Shown here: in pieces, positions 11,949 through 23,249 of the stretch | Position numbering within the stretch: position 1 is the stretch's first letter | Layout of the letters: every line of letters starts with the position of its first letter | Assembly (NCBI GenBank): GCA_902584995.1 | Contig: CACICF010000004.1 | Location: 13,960 to 77,959, forward strand | Length of the DNA stretch: 64,000 nucleotides | Reading direction: 5' to 3' | Origin: an uncultured Pelagibacteraceae bacterium | GTDB taxonomy: Bacteria; Pseudomonadota; Alphaproteobacteria; Pelagibacterales; Pelagibacteraceae | Made by a program: the position numbers and the translations under genes | The notes under the pieces: generated by a model | Told to the model about the DNA's origin: nothing | What the model saw: only the letters and a program-made list of their open reading frames with translations | Databases searched by the model: none

Positions 11949-11972
11949 AGGCTAAATTTTTATCTCAAAATT

Positions 11973-12356
11973 ATGGCTCGTATAGCAGGTGTAAACATAC
12001 CACAAAATAAACTTGTTAGAATTGGACTAACATATATTTATGGCATAGGTGAAAAAAATTCAAAAGATATATGTAATTCATTAGAAATACCTAAAACAAA
12101 AAGGGTAAATGAATTAACGGATGAAGAAATTTTAAAAATAAGAGAATTTATAGACCAAAACTTTACAGTTGAGGGTGATCTTCGTAGAGATACTTCGCTA
12201 AACATAAAAAGATTAATTGACTTAGCTTCGTATCGTGGTTCCAGACATAGAAAAAAATTACCTGTCAGAGGTCAAAGAACTAGGTGCAATGCTAGAACAC
12301 GAAAAGGTAAGGCAATAGCCATTGCTGGTAAAAAATTAACTCCACTTAAAAAATAA
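11973..12356 (+). CDS. rpsM: 30S ribosomal protein S13
   Basis: [18 protein letters not shown]. Confidence 0.98.
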   Translation: MARIAGVNIPQNKLVRIGLTYIYGIGEKNSKDICNSLEIPKTKRVNELTDEEILKIREFIDQNFTVEGDLRRDTSLNIKRLIDLASYRGSRHRKKLPVRGQRTRCNARTRKGKAIAIAGKKLTPLKK

Positions 12357-12357
12357 A

Positions 12358-12801
12358 ATGCCAAAAGATAAAACTGAACCTAAAGATCAAAATAAAGAAA
12401 CTACATCAAAGTCAAAAAAAAGTTCATATTCAAAAAAGAAAAAAAATAAAAAAAATATTTTAAATGGTATTGCTTATGTTCAATCAACTTTTAATAATAC
12501 TATAGTTTCAATTGCAGACACCAGTGGTAATGTAATATCATGGGCCTCAGCAGGTCAAAAAGGTTTTAAAGGATCTAGAAAATCAACTCCTTATGCAGCG
12601 CAAGTTGCAGCTGATTCTGCTGCTGTAAAAGCTTTAGAAGCTGGAATGAAAATTTTATCTGTTGAAGTTAAAGGTCCAGGCTCAGGTAGAGAAACAGCAC
12701 TGAGAGCCTTACAAGCAAGAGGTTTTAAAATTATATCAATTAAAGATACAACACCAATGCCACACAATGGATCAAGACCGCCAAAAAAAAGGAGAGTATA
12801 A
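12358..12801 (+). CDS. rpsK: 30S ribosomal protein S11
   Basis: [26 protein letters not shown]. Confidence 0.98.
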   Translation: MPKDKTEPKDQNKETTSKSKKSSYSKKKKNKKNILNGIAYVQSTFNNTIVSIADTSGNVISWASAGQKGFKGSRKSTPYAAQVAADSAAVKALEAGMKILSVEVKGPGSGRETALRALQARGFKIISIKDTTPMPHNGSRPPKKRRV

Positions 12802-13830
12802 ATGGATACGTCGGAAGTAAATATAAAAAACTGGAAATCATTAATTAAGCCTCCAAAGTTAGATGTTAATCTAAGCGAAGATAAATCATATGCAAAAATA
12901 GTTGCTGAACCTTTGGAAAAAGGTTACGGACTTACTTTAGGAAATTCCTTAAGAAGAATCTTGCTGTCATCAATAAGAGGTACAGCTGTTACTGCAATTC
13001 AAATAGATGGTGTGTTGCATGAATTTACGTCTATTAAGGGTGTCAGAGAAGATGTAACTGACATTGTATTAAATGTTAAATCACTTGCATTAAAAAGTAA
13101 TTCAGAAACAACAAGCAAACTGATATTAGACGCAAAAGGACCTGGAGAAATTAAAGCTTCAAATATTACTACTTCAGCTGATATAGAAATCTTAAACCCA
13201 GATCTAGTAATATGTAACTTAGATGAAAATACAAACTTTCATATGGAAATGACGGTTAGCAATGGAAAAGGCTATGTATCAGCAGATATGAATAAACCAG
13301 AAGAGCCACCACTTGGGCTTATTCCTATTGATTCATTATTTAGCCCAGTTAAAAAGGTATCTTATTCAATAAGTACAGCTAGAGAAGGTAAAGCCTTAGA
13401 TTATGATAAATTAACTATGGAAGTTGAGACGAATGGATCGATTTCAGCAGAAGATGCTGTTGCATATTCTGCAAGAATTTTTCAAGATCAATTAGGCATG
13501 TTCGTTAATTTTGATGAGCCTCAAGAAGTAATTGTAAGAGAACAACCAACTGAACCAGAGTTTAATAAAAATCTATTAAGGAAAGTTGATGAGTTAGAAC
13601 TTTCAGTTAGGTCAATGAATTGTCTTAAGAATGATAATATTATATATATTGGTGACCTAGTGCAAAAGTCTGAAGGTGAGATGCTAAGAACACCTAATTT
13701 TGGAAGAAAATCTCTTAATGAAATAAAAGAGGTTTTAACTGGCATGTCTCTTTACTTAGGTATGGAGATACCAAATTGGCCCCCTGACAATATTGCTGAA
13801 TTATCAAAAAAACTTGAGGAAGCTATCTAA
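12802..13830 (+). CDS. rpoA: RNA polymerase alpha subunit
   Basis: [32 protein letters not shown]. Confidence 0.98.
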   Translation: MDTSEVNIKNWKSLIKPPKLDVNLSEDKSYAKIVAEPLEKGYGLTLGNSLRRILLSSIRGTAVTAIQIDGVLHEFTSIKGVREDVTDIVLNVKSLALKSNSETTSKLILDAKGPGEIKASNITTSADIEILNPDLVICNLDENTNFHMEMTVSNGKGYVSADMNKPEEPPLGLIPIDSLFSPVKKVSYSISTAREGKALDYDKLTMEVETNGSISAEDAVAYSARIFQDQLGMFVNFDEPQEVIVREQPTEPEFNKNLLRKVDELELSVRSMNCLKNDNIIYIGDLVQKSEGEMLRTPNFGRKSLNEIKEVLTGMSLYLGMEIPNWPPDNIAELSKKLEEAI

Positions 13831-14270
13831 TGAGACATAGAATGGGCTATAAAAAGCTCAATAGAACATCAGAGCATCGAAAAGCATTAATTAAAAATAT
13901 GCTAAATTCATTAATAAAGTATGAACAAATAACTACGACATTACCTAAAGCAAAGGTTTTAAAACCACAAGCAGACAAAATTATAACGTTGGGTAAGAAA
14001 GATACTCTATCTAATACAAAACTCTTAATTTCAAAGTTACAGGATATTAAATCTACAAATAAAGTAAGAAAAACTCTTTCCAAAAGATATGAAAACAGAA
14101 AAGGTGGATACACGAGGATTATTAAGGCTGGTTTTAGATACGGTGATAATGCACCAATGGCAGTTATTGAGTTTGTAGATAGAGACATTCAAGCAAAAAA
14201 AGTAGATAAAAAAAAGAAAGATACAACTAAAGATCAAAATAAAGAATCACCCAAAGAAGCAACAGCTTAA
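13830..14270 (+). CDS. rplQ: 50S ribosomal protein L17
   Basis: MRHR...TTLPKAK...GGYTRIIK. Confidence 0.98.
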   Translation: MRHRMGYKKLNRTSEHRKALIKNMLNSLIKYEQITTTLPKAKVLKPQADKIITLGKKDTLSNTKLLISKLQDIKSTNKVRKTLSKRYENRKGGYTRIIKAGFRYGDNAPMAVIEFVDRDIQAKKVDKKKKDTTKDQNKESPKEATA

Positions 14271-14280
14271 ATTAAACTAA

Positions 14281-15189
14281 ATGAAAAAACTAATACACGT
14301 TGATAAGACGTTCGACGGTATGCGTATTGATAGATTTTTAAGAAGTCAATTTGGTCAAATTCCTCAAAGTTTAATTGAAAAAAATTTAAGAAATGGAAAG
14401 ATCAAGTTAAATAAAAAAAAAATTAAAAGCTCAAAAAAAATTCAATTAAATGATAAGATTGAATTATTTAACTTTAAATTCAAAAATATTTTAAATCAGA
14501 ATAAACAAAAATTTATACCTTCAAATGAAATCATCAAAGAAAATGAGGATTTAATTATTGAAAACAATGATGATTTTGTAGTTTTAAATAAACAATCAGG
14601 AATTTCAGTTCAGGGTGGGACAAAATCTAAAAAAAATTTAATCGATATCTTTTCAAAAAGTGATTTATTTAAAGATACAAAACCATTTTCAGTACATAGA
14701 TTGGATAAAGATACATCAGGAGTATTTATAATTGCAAAGAATAGAGAGACTGCGCAATTGTTAACATCACTTTTTAGATTAAGAAAAGTTTACAAAACTT
14801 ATCTTGCTATATGTAATGGAGAAGTAATATTAAATAATGAAGGTTTAATTAAAGATGATTTATCAAAATTTGAAAATAAAAAAGTAATAATAGAAAGAGC
14901 AGAGACTAAATATGAAATTTTAGATAAGAATATTAATGCTACATTTATGCAATTACACCCAATTACTGGAAGAAAGCATCAATTAAGAAAACAATTATTT
15001 AATCTTGGAAACTCAATTATTGGAGATAAAAAATACAACACAACTAACAATTCAAAAATGAGTAGTAAAAATTTGATGCTACACTCTTATGAAATAAAAT
15101 TTAAAATTAATGAAAAAAAATATACATTTAGAGCAACACCACCTGATTATTTTAGAAACATGTTAAAAGTAAAAAGACTTAATTTTTAA
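14281..15189 (+). CDS. RluA-family pseudouridine synthase with S4 domain (RluC-like)
   Basis: RIDRFL S4 start, [25 protein letters not shown]. Confidence 0.93.
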   Translation: MKKLIHVDKTFDGMRIDRFLRSQFGQIPQSLIEKNLRNGKIKLNKKKIKSSKKIQLNDKIELFNFKFKNILNQNKQKFIPSNEIIKENEDLIIENNDDFVVLNKQSGISVQGGTKSKKNLIDIFSKSDLFKDTKPFSVHRLDKDTSGVFIIAKNRETAQLLTSLFRLRKVYKTYLAICNGEVILNNEGLIKDDLSKFENKKVIIERAETKYEILDKNINATFMQLHPITGRKHQLRKQLFNLGNSIIGDKKYNTTNNSKMSSKNLMLHSYEIKFKINEKKYTFRATPPDYFRNMLKVKRLNF

Positions 15190-15802
15190 TATTTGATAAA
15201 AAATTTTTAATTAGAATACTTTCAATTTTTTTATAGTTTTTTTCTTTTATTGTTTTTAAATTTGTAACTCCTCTTTTGCTAATTCCACAGGGTATTATTT
15301 TTTTATATGCATCAAGATTGTTAGATATATTTAATGCAAATCCATGGTAAGCAATCCATTTTTTTACTTTAATTCCTATTGCTGCGATTTTATTTATTTT
15401 TCCTGATTTATCTTTATGCCAAATACCTACATTTTTTCTATCTGCGAAACTACTTATATTATATTCTTCTAGAGTATCAATAATTGTTTTCTCAATTGCA
15501 TTTAAAAGTTTTTTTATATTTTTACCTCGTTTGTTTAGATCTAGAACAAAATAAAAAACTAATTGTCCAGGACCATGGTAGGTTATTTTTCCACCCCTAT
15601 TTGTTTTTACAAAATTTATTGATTTATCTAAAATTTCATTATTTTTAAAACTAGTTCCACCTGTATATATTTCCTCGTGTTCTAGAATCCATATAAGTTC
15701 ATTACACTTATTTATTTTGATTTGTTCTAATCTATCTTCAAGTTTATCTATTGCAGATATATATTTTATTGGTTTTACTGACTTTTTGATCTCTATTGTC
15801 AT
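15179..15802 (-). CDS. lipB: Octanoyltransferase LipB
   Basis: [32 protein letters not shown]. Confidence 0.96.
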   Translation of the reverse strand: MTIEIKKSVKPIKYISAIDKLEDRLEQIKINKCNELIWILEHEEIYTGGTSFKNNEILDKSINFVKTNRGGKITYHGPGQLVFYFVLDLNKRGKNIKKLLNAIEKTIIDTLEEYNISSFADRKNVGIWHKDKSGKINKIAAIGIKVKKWIAYHGFALNISNNLDAYKKIIPCGISKRGVTNLKTIKEKNYKKIESILIKNFLSNIKN

Positions 15803-15863
15803 TATAAATTTGTATTATTTTTATTTTGCATTAATAGTGCCAACTAAATTAAAGGTAAATTTT

Positions 15864-17237
15864 ATGACTATAGTAAAAAAAATAAAAGATAAAAAAGTCA
15901 ATTTTGAATTTAATAAGGAATTCATTAAAGTTGTTACTGATAAAATTGCCTCAAATGATGCTGAATTTATAACAAATTCATTTAATGATGTGCACCCAGC
16001 TGATGCAGCTGACATAATTGAGCATTTAAGTCAAAACGATAGAGAAAGTTTAATAAAATTAAACAATTTTAAAGTAGATCCTGAGGTTTTTGTTGAGTTA
16101 AACGAGTCAATTCAATCTGAAATGATTACTTATTTATCATCTGAATCAATAGTAAATATTTTGAAAAACTTAGAGTCTGATGATGCAATTAAAATTTTAG
16201 AAAATGTAGATGAGAAAGAAAAAAATACTATTCTTAGCTCATTACCACCCAAAGATAGATTTGCCTTACTTGAAAGTTTAAGTTATCCAGAGGATTCAGC
16301 TGCTAGAATTATGCAGCGTGAGTTTACAGCAATACCAAGCAATTGGTCGGTTGGACAAACAATAGATTATCTTAGAGAAAATAAAGAACTTCCAGAAGAA
16401 TTCCTTGAAATATTTATTGTTGACCAAGAATTCAAACCTATAGGGACTGTTCCATCATCAAGAGTGTTAAGAACACCAAGAGATACAAAAATGATGTCTA
16501 TAATGGCTGAATCACAAACATTAATACCAGTAGATATGGATAAGGAAGAAGTAGGTAATCTGTTTGAAAATTATAATTTAAGTTCAGCCGCTGTTGTAGA
16601 TAAATCTGATAAGTTAGTTGGAATGATTGCTTATGATGACGTATTGACTGTATTAAAAGAAGAAGCTGAGGAAGATGCTCTTAGATTAGCTGGAGTAGGT
16701 GACGAAGAAATTACTGATGGTGTAATTACGAAAACAAAAAGAAGATTTAATTGGTTACTTTTAAATTTATTTACTGCTTTTCTCGCAACATATTGTATCA
16801 GTTTATTTGGAGCTACCATTGAACAGATGGTAGTATTAGCTTTTTTAATGCCAATTGTTGCTTCAATGGGAGGAAATGCTGGTATGCAAACTTTGGCAGT
16901 TACTGTAAGATCATTAGCAACACAAGATCTTACAAAAAATAATTTTACCAATAATATTATTAAAGAATTTAACATAGGAGTGTTAAATGGAATTATTTTT
17001 GCAATAATAAGCTCTATAATAGTTTACTTTTGGTTTCACGATTCTCAACTTGCCTTTATAATTTCTATTTCTATGATTTTAACAATGATAGTTGCTGGAT
17101 TGTTTGGAATATTAATACCTGTAACGTTAAAAAAAATGAATATTGATCCAGCAATTTCTTCTAGTGTTTTTGTGACAACTATAACAGATGTAATAGGTTT
17201 TGTTTCTTTTTTAGGAGTAGGTGCTTATTTTTTATAA
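15864..17237 (+). CDS. mgtE: Magnesium transporter MgtE
   Basis: HPADAAD N-domain, CBS pair, GGNAGMQT, DPAISSSVFVTTITDV; start moved to ATG 15864 to avoid overlapping lipB. Confidence 0.95.
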   Translation: MTIVKKIKDKKVNFEFNKEFIKVVTDKIASNDAEFITNSFNDVHPADAADIIEHLSQNDRESLIKLNNFKVDPEVFVELNESIQSEMITYLSSESIVNILKNLESDDAIKILENVDEKEKNTILSSLPPKDRFALLESLSYPEDSAARIMQREFTAIPSNWSVGQTIDYLRENKELPEEFLEIFIVDQEFKPIGTVPSSRVLRTPRDTKMMSIMAESQTLIPVDMDKEEVGNLFENYNLSSAAVVDKSDKLVGMIAYDDVLTVLKEEAEEDALRLAGVGDEEITDGVITKTKRRFNWLLLNLFTAFLATYCISLFGATIEQMVVLAFLMPIVASMGGNAGMQTLAVTVRSLATQDLTKNNFTNNIIKEFNIGVLNGIIFAIISSIIVYFWFHDSQLAFIISISMILTMIVAGLFGILIPVTLKKMNIDPAISSSVFVTTITDVIGFVSFLGVGAYFL

Positions 17238-18050
17238 TTAAAAGTTATCAATTAATCTTACTCCATTAATATTATAGGCAATAAAGAGTCTAAATTTATT
17301 TTTTCGATTATTAAGTTTCAGATTTTTTTCATCTCTGAACTCTAAATAATCTATTTTTATATTAAATTTATTCTCAAGTTCTATTTTATAATAAGATAAA
17401 TCTAATTTAAATTTTGATGAGTGTAATTTAGATCTTTTTTTTATTTTAATTAGCAATTTTGCAATTTTTGATGCTTTTTCTAATGATTTTTTATTAAGCA
17501 ATTTATTTCTTGTGGATAAGGCAATTTTATCAGTTGTTCTTATTGTTGGGCATGCATTAATTCTTACATCAAATTTTTTTGATAAAAATTTTTTAATTAA
17601 GTGTAATTGTTGGTAGTCTTTTTCACCCATAAACAAATCTTTTGATTTAATAATAGACATCAATCTATTCATAACATTAAGCACTCCCTCAAAATGGCCT
17701 TTTCTAAATTTTGCACATAATATTTTATCTTTTTTTCTTAAAATAAATTTTCTAGAATTAAACTTATAAATATCTTTTACTTTGGGTATGAATAAGTAGT
17801 TAACGTTTAATTTTTTAAGAGAAATTATATCTTTCTTGATATTCCTAGGATATTTTCTAAAGTCAATTTTTTTATTAAATTGAGTTGGGTTTACAAAAAT
17901 ACTTACAATAGTCTCATTTTTTTTCTTTTGTGAGGCTTTTATTAAGGATATGTGACCCTTATGTATTCCACCCATAGTTGGCACAAATCCGACATTTTTA
18001 TAGTTTTTAATTTCTTTATTTAAATTAAAAATACTTGTAATTATTTTCAT
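17238..18050 (-). CDS. panC: Pantoate-beta-alanine ligase
   Basis: GFVPTMGGIHKGH, SIFVNPTQF, GEKDYQQ, RLIDN. Confidence 0.96.
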   Translation of the reverse strand: MKIITSIFNLNKEIKNYKNVGFVPTMGGIHKGHISLIKASQKKKNETIVSIFVNPTQFNKKIDFRKYPRNIKKDIISLKKLNVNYLFIPKVKDIYKFNSRKFILRKKDKILCAKFRKGHFEGVLNVMNRLMSIIKSKDLFMGEKDYQQLHLIKKFLSKKFDVRINACPTIRTTDKIALSTRNKLLNKKSLEKASKIAKLLIKIKKRSKLHSSKFKLDLSYYKIELENKFNIKIDYLEFRDEKNLKLNNRKNKFRLFIAYNINGVRLIDNF

Positions 18051-18084
18051 TTTATAAATATATGTTTATAAATAAATTATTTGA

Positions 18085-18900
18085 ATGATTAAACAAGCTA
18101 TTATTCCACTAGCAGGATTGGGTACAAGACTTTTACCTTTAACAAGTGTCTTTGCGAAAGAGTTACTACCAATAAATGGTAAACCAGGAATTGAATATAT
18201 TCTTGATGAATGCATAGAAGCTGGCATTACTGAAATAATTTTTATTATTTCAAAAAAAAAAGAGATGATAAAAAGGTATTTTTATAATGATAATTTTTAT
18301 AAATCTTTAATAAAAAAGAAAAAAGACACAAGAATTATTGAAGAATATAAAAAAATTTTAAAATATAAAAAGAAAATTAAATTTGTATATCAAAACAAAC
18401 CTTTAGGCACAGGTGATGCTGTTCTTAAGACAAGAAAATTTATAAAAAATAGTTATTTTCTAATGCTTCTGCCAGATGATTTAATCATGAAAAAGAACTG
18501 TTCAAAAGATATGATTAGATTGCATAAGAAATATAACGCCTCAGTTATGGCGAGTATGTCAGTAAAAAAAAATAATGTTAATCGTTGGGGAATATATTCC
18601 GTTGCTTCAAAAATAGATAGGAGAAATTTTGTAATATCTGATGTTATAGAAAAACCAACTGTTAATGAAGCACCCTCTAAAAATGCAGTAATCGGAAGAT
18701 ATATATTAAGTAGAGATATATTCAAAATTTTAAAAAAACAAAAAAAAGGAAAAAATGGGGAAATTCATATTACAGACTCGATTAAAACTATGATTGATAA
18801 TAAATCATTATTTATTGGCCATAAATTTTCAGGGAAATATTTAGATTGTGGTTCTATGGACGGGTATATTAAATCAACCCTAGAGATCTCTAAATTATGA
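18085..18900 (+). CDS. galU: UTP-glucose-1-phosphate uridylyltransferase
   Basis: AGLGTRLLP...KELLP, QNKPLGTGDA, EKP, DCG. Confidence 0.92.
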   Translation: MIKQAIIPLAGLGTRLLPLTSVFAKELLPINGKPGIEYILDECIEAGITEIIFIISKKKEMIKRYFYNDNFYKSLIKKKKDTRIIEEYKKILKYKKKIKFVYQNKPLGTGDAVLKTRKFIKNSYFLMLLPDDLIMKKNCSKDMIRLHKKYNASVMASMSVKKNNVNRWGIYSVASKIDRRNFVISDVIEKPTVNEAPSKNAVIGRYILSRDIFKILKKQKKGKNGEIHITDSIKTMIDNKSLFIGHKFSGKYLDCGSMDGYIKSTLEISKL

Positions 18901-20189
18901 AAATTTGTATTATTGGTTCTGGCTATGTAGGTTTAGTCAGCGGAACATGTTTTTCAGAGCTAGGAAATAAGGTTATTTGTGTTGATAATAATAAGCAAAA
19001 GATTGAAAATCTTAAAAAGGGATTAATTCCAATATTTGAACCTGGATTAGAAGAATTAATAATAAGAAATGTTAAACAAAAGAGACTTAATTTCTCTACA
19101 GATGTAAATAATTCAATACGAAATTCAGATATTATATTTATTTGTGTAGGTACACCAACTAACAAAAATTCTAATAAGGCTAATTTAAAATACGTTTATA
19201 AAGTTGTTTCAGACATAAAAAAAAACTTAAATAAGTACAAAATCATAGTCACAAAATCTACCGTTCCTGTAACAACTGGTGATCAAATAGAAAAAATATT
19301 AGAATCAAAAAACAAAATAAAATTTAATGTTGTTTCAAACCCTGAATTTTTAAGAGAGGGCGAAGCAATCAGGGATTTTATGTATCCTGATAGAGTGGTA
19401 ATTGGCACTGACAGCAAAAAAGCAAATAATATAATGAAAAACCTTTATTTACCTTTAATAAAAAAAACAAATAGATATTTTCATACAACTAGAAGAGCTG
19501 CTGAGTTAATAAAATATGCCTCAAATGCATTCTTAGCAACAAAGATTTCTTTTATAAATGAAATTGCAAATCTATGTGAAAATACAAATATAGATGTAAA
19601 AGAAATATCTACTGGAATTGGACTAGATAATAGAATAGGTGACAGATTTTTAAGAGCAGGACCTGGTTATGGTGGATCTTGTTTTCCAAAAGATACAAGT
19701 GCTTTAGTTTCAACCTCTAAGCAATTTAAAACCAACCTTTCAATAGTTAAAAGTGTAATAAATTCAAATAAATCAAGATATAAAATTTTACTAAATAAAA
19801 TAAATAAAATTATGAAAAATAAACTTAAAAGTAAAAATATTACTTTTTTAGGAGTTACCTTCAAACCAGGCACAGATGATATGAGAGAGGCTACTTCTTT
19901 AAAATTAATACCTTACCTAATAAATAAGGGGTCTAATGTTTCCTATTATGAACCTACGGGCATAAAAAGTAATTTTAATAATAATAAAGTAAAATATATA
20001 AATAATATAAAAGACGCCTGTAAAAAAGCTGATTTGATCATAATACACACAGAATGGAATGAATTTAAACAACTAAATTTAAAAAAAATAAGTAATAAGA
20101 AAAATTATAAAATTTATGATTTAAGAAATTTATATTCTCCAGAAAAAATGAAAAAAAATAAAATTAGTTATTTTAGTATAGGCAGATAA
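18897..20189 (+). CDS. ugd: UDP-glucose 6-dehydrogenase
   Basis: GSGYVG, NPEFLREG, GYGGSCFPKD, FKPGTDDMRE. Confidence 0.95.
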   Translation: MKICIIGSGYVGLVSGTCFSELGNKVICVDNNKQKIENLKKGLIPIFEPGLEELIIRNVKQKRLNFSTDVNNSIRNSDIIFICVGTPTNKNSNKANLKYVYKVVSDIKKNLNKYKIIVTKSTVPVTTGDQIEKILESKNKIKFNVVSNPEFLREGEAIRDFMYPDRVVIGTDSKKANNIMKNLYLPLIKKTNRYFHTTRRAAELIKYASNAFLATKISFINEIANLCENTNIDVKEISTGIGLDNRIGDRFLRAGPGYGGSCFPKDTSALVSTSKQFKTNLSIVKSVINSNKSRYKILLNKINKIMKNKLKSKNITFLGVTFKPGTDDMREATSLKLIPYLINKGSNVSYYEPTGIKSNFNNNKVKYINNIKDACKKADLIIIHTEWNEFKQLNLKKISNKKNYKIYDLRNLYSPEKMKKNKISYFSIGR

Positions 20190-20651
20190 TCAATTAATCT
20201 CAAATATAGCATCAACTTCTACTGCAACACCTAACGGTAAACTATTTGTGCTAACGGCAGCTCTGGTGTGAGTTCCATTTTCACCAAAAACATTCTTGAT
20301 TAAATCCGAAGCACCATTAATTACTTTAGGTTGTTCAGTAAAGTCTTCGGTTGAGTTGACAAATCCTGTTAATTTTAAACATGATTTTATTTTTGATAAA
20401 TCGTCACCACAAGCTTTTTTAGCCTGAGAAATAATACTTAATGCACATCTCTCCGCAGCTTTGTAAGCTTGATCTGTGTTAAAATCCTTTCCAACTTTCC
20501 CTTTGATTAATTTACCCTCAGCATCAATGGATATTTGTCCTGAAATGAAAAGCAAATTACCAGTGATTTTAGTTGCTACATATGAACCAACTGGGTCAGT
20601 AGCTTTTGGTAATGTTAAACCCATCTTACTTAATTTTTCATCAATATTCAT
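20190..20651 (-). CDS. RidA/YjgF/UK114 family protein
   Basis: LFISGQI, NGASDL, HTRAAV, LPLGVAVEVD. Confidence 0.9.
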   Translation of the reverse strand: MNIDEKLSKMGLTLPKATDPVGSYVATKITGNLLFISGQISIDAEGKLIKGKVGKDFNTDQAYKAAERCALSIISQAKKACGDDLSKIKSCLKLTGFVNSTEDFTEQPKVINGASDLIKNVFGENGTHTRAAVSTNSLPLGVAVEVDAIFEIN

Positions 20652-23212
20652 TATTTACCTTTTTTTTTCTTTTTATTTTTATCGTACTCTTTTCTTTTCT
20701 CAATCAAAATAAGTGCCTCTTCCATAGTTAATTCAATTGGGTCCTTCTCCTCAGGAATTGTGGCATTTAATGATTTATATTTAATATATGGCCCATATTG
20801 ACCTTTCATTATTCTTACTGGTTTTTTGTCTTCTGGGTGTTCTCCAAGATCTTTTATTAAAGATGATGAAATTCTACCAGGTTTTGCCTCAGCAATTAAT
20901 GTTACAGCTCTATTTAATCCAATGCTAAATATTTCTTCCACATTCTCTAAACGAGCAGATTTATTTTCACATTTCAAATATGGTCCAAATCTTCCAACAT
21001 TTACGGTTATATCTTTATCATTTTCAGGATTTTTACCTAAGATTAATGGTAAAGAGCACAAATATTTTGCTCTTTCTAAATCTATACTTTTAATATCAAT
21101 CCCTTTTGGTATTGAGACATTTTTCATATTATTTTCTTCTTTTTTCAATTTCCTTTTTTTCTTTGTTGTTTCCTCTTCTTCTCTTTCTTTTTCGTATTGC
21201 AAATAAGGCCCAAATCTTCCATTTTTTAAATATATATCTTTACCAAGATCATTTTGACCAATGAGCTTCGGCTCTGCCAAGGTTAATTGCTGAGCAGCCT
21301 TAGATTTAGATAGAGGTCTGGTAAATTTACAGTCTGGATAATTTGAGCATCCAATAAATGCACCACCTCTGAAACTATTTTTTAAGCTTAATTGGCCACT
21401 ATCACAAAGTCTACATTTTCTATTAATATTTCCATCTTTATCTACTTCAAAAATTAATGATCCAAGACTTTCATTAAGCAAATCTAGAACTTCTCTTGTT
21501 CGTTTTTCCTTAACATCTGTTACATTTAGGTTAAAATCTTTCCAAAATTCCTCCAAAACCTTTATCCAATTCTCTTTACCTGAGGTTATGTCATCTAATT
21601 GATCCTCTAATTTTGCAGTAAAATCATAATCAACATATTTAGAAAATAATTTTTCTAAAAACGCAGATAGCAATTTTCCTCTATCTGTTGGAAAAAATCT
21701 TTTATTTTCTATATCAGCATATCCTCTGTTTGAAATAACAGAAATGATACTAGCATATGTTGATGGTCTACCTATTCCTAATTCTTCAAGTTTTTTAACA
21801 AGACTAGCTTCAGAATATCTTGGAGGAGGTTGGGTAAAGTGTTGTTCATCATTAAAATCTTTATAAGTTACTTCTCCTTTACTAACATCTGGTAAAATAT
21901 TTTCCTCCTCTTCTTTATTTCCATCTAATTTTGAAACTTTTAAGAAACCATCAAACTTTAAAGTGGACCCACTTGTTTTAAATATATTTTTTTCATCATT
22001 AGATGAGATAGTAATAGTTTTTCTATCAAATTTTGCAGATTCCATTTGAGAGGAAAGGGATCTTGACCAAATTAAATTGTAGAGTTTATATTGATCTGTA
22101 CTTAGGTATTTTTTCATATCATCTGGAACTCTACTTATTTCTGTTGGCCTGATTGCTTCATGTGCCTCTTGAGCATTTTTTGCCTTTTTTCCTGAATAAT
22201 TTAATGGTGAAGGTGGCAAATAATCATTTCCATAGTTCTGAGCAATGAAATTTCTGAATGAGGCAACAGCATCCTTTGAAATATTTGTACCATCCGTTCT
22301 CATATAAGTAATTAAGCCAACTGTTTCACCTTCTATATCTATCCCTTGATATAATCTTTGTGCAATTTGCATTGTTCTTGATGCTCCAAACCCTAATTTA
22401 CTAGATGAAGTTTGTTGTAAAGTTGAAGTAGTAAAAGGACCAGATGGATTACGAGTGTATGTTTTAGAAGCTATATCAGAAATTCTATATTTTTTGTTTT
22501 TTATTAAATCTACTCCAGCATTAATTTCCACTTTATTTTTAAATGAAAACTTATCAATCTTTTTTCCATCAAGTTGATTAATATTTGTATTTATTATTAA
22601 ATTATCTTTTGTTAAAAAATTTACATTTAGTGTCCAAAACTCTTTAGGTTTAAATACCTCTATTTCATGTTCTCTCTCAGTAAGCAATCTAAGTGCTACA
22701 GACTGAACTCTTCCTGCAGATTTTGATCCAGGAAGCTTTGTCCATAATATAGGTGATATATTAAAACCTACTAGATAATCCAAAGCACGTCTTGCCATGT
22801 AAGCATCAACAAGTTCATTCTCAATATTTCTAGGATTATCTATCCCATTTGTTACAGCCTTTTTAGTGATTTCGTTGAAGACTACTCTTTCAATTTTTTT
22901 GTCTTTAAGTAGTTTTTTTTCATCTAAAAATTCTTTAACATGCCAAGCTATTGCTTCACCTTCACGATCGGGGTCGGTAGCAAGAATAATTTTGTCAGAA
23001 TTCTTGGCTGTATCAGTGATTTCTTTTAAATATTTTTTAGAAAAACTGTCGACTTCCCAAATCATTTTAAAAGAATTCTCTGGATCAACTGAACCATTTT
23101 TTGATGGCAAATCTCTAATGTGACCATAGCTAGCTAAAACTGTATAATCTGCACCAAGATATTTATTTATAGTTTTAGCTTTTGCAGGACTTTCAACAAT
23201 TACAAGATTCAT
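20651..23212 (-). CDS. topA: DNA topoisomerase I
   Basis: IVESPAKAKTI, DPDREGE, SAGRVQS, ITYMRTD, AQEAHEAIRP, GIGRPSTY. Confidence 0.98.
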   Translation of the reverse strand: MNLVIVESPAKAKTINKYLGADYTVLASYGHIRDLPSKNGSVDPENSFKMIWEVDSFSKKYLKEITDTAKNSDKIILATDPDREGEAIAWHVKEFLDEKKLLKDKKIERVVFNEITKKAVTNGIDNPRNIENELVDAYMARRALDYLVGFNISPILWTKLPGSKSAGRVQSVALRLLTEREHEIEVFKPKEFWTLNVNFLTKDNLIINTNINQLDGKKIDKFSFKNKVEINAGVDLIKNKKYRISDIASKTYTRNPSGPFTTSTLQQTSSSKLGFGASRTMQIAQRLYQGIDIEGETVGLITYMRTDGTNISKDAVASFRNFIAQNYGNDYLPPSPLNYSGKKAKNAQEAHEAIRPTEISRVPDDMKKYLSTDQYKLYNLIWSRSLSSQMESAKFDRKTITISSNDEKNIFKTSGSTLKFDGFLKVSKLDGNKEEEENILPDVSKGEVTYKDFNDEQHFTQPPPRYSEASLVKKLEELGIGRPSTYASIISVISNRGYADIENKRFFPTDRGKLLSAFLEKLFSKYVDYDFTAKLEDQLDDITSGKENWIKVLEEFWKDFNLNVTDVKEKRTREVLDLLNESLGSLIFEVDKDGNINRKCRLCDSGQLSLKNSFRGGAFIGCSNYPDCKFTRPLSKSKAAQQLTLAEPKLIGQNDLGKDIYLKNGRFGPYLQYEKEREEEETTKKKRKLKKEENNMKNVSIPKGIDIKSIDLERAKYLCSLPLILGKNPENDKDITVNVGRFGPYLKCENKSARLENVEEIFSIGLNRAVTLIAEAKPGRISSSLIKDLGEHPEDKKPVRIMKGQYGPYIKYKSLNATIPEEKDPIELTMEEALILIEKRKEYDKNKKKKKGK

Positions 23213-23220
23213 TATTGTTG

Positions 23221-23248
23221 AAACTACTTATAACTACTTAACTGTCAA
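23221..23248 (-). promoter_or_regulatory. Putative topA promoter with a tandem 9-bp repeat
   Basis: Minus strand TTGACA, 16-nt spacer, TAGTTT, ending 8 nt before the ATG. AACTACTTA (plus strand) occurs at 23222-30 and 23232-40. Confidence 0.55.
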
Positions 23249-23249
23249 A

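Noticed and set aside
12801-12802. No rpsD between rpsK and rpoA, and no infA/rpmJ before rpsM
   Set aside because: This is the normal arrangement in Alphaproteobacteria.
15717-15863. N-terminal extension of the mgtE ORF; similar extensions on rpsC, rplP, rpsH, gatC, gatB and folK
   Set aside because: Longest-ORF artefacts that overlap neighbours. Downstream starts match the expected family N-termini.
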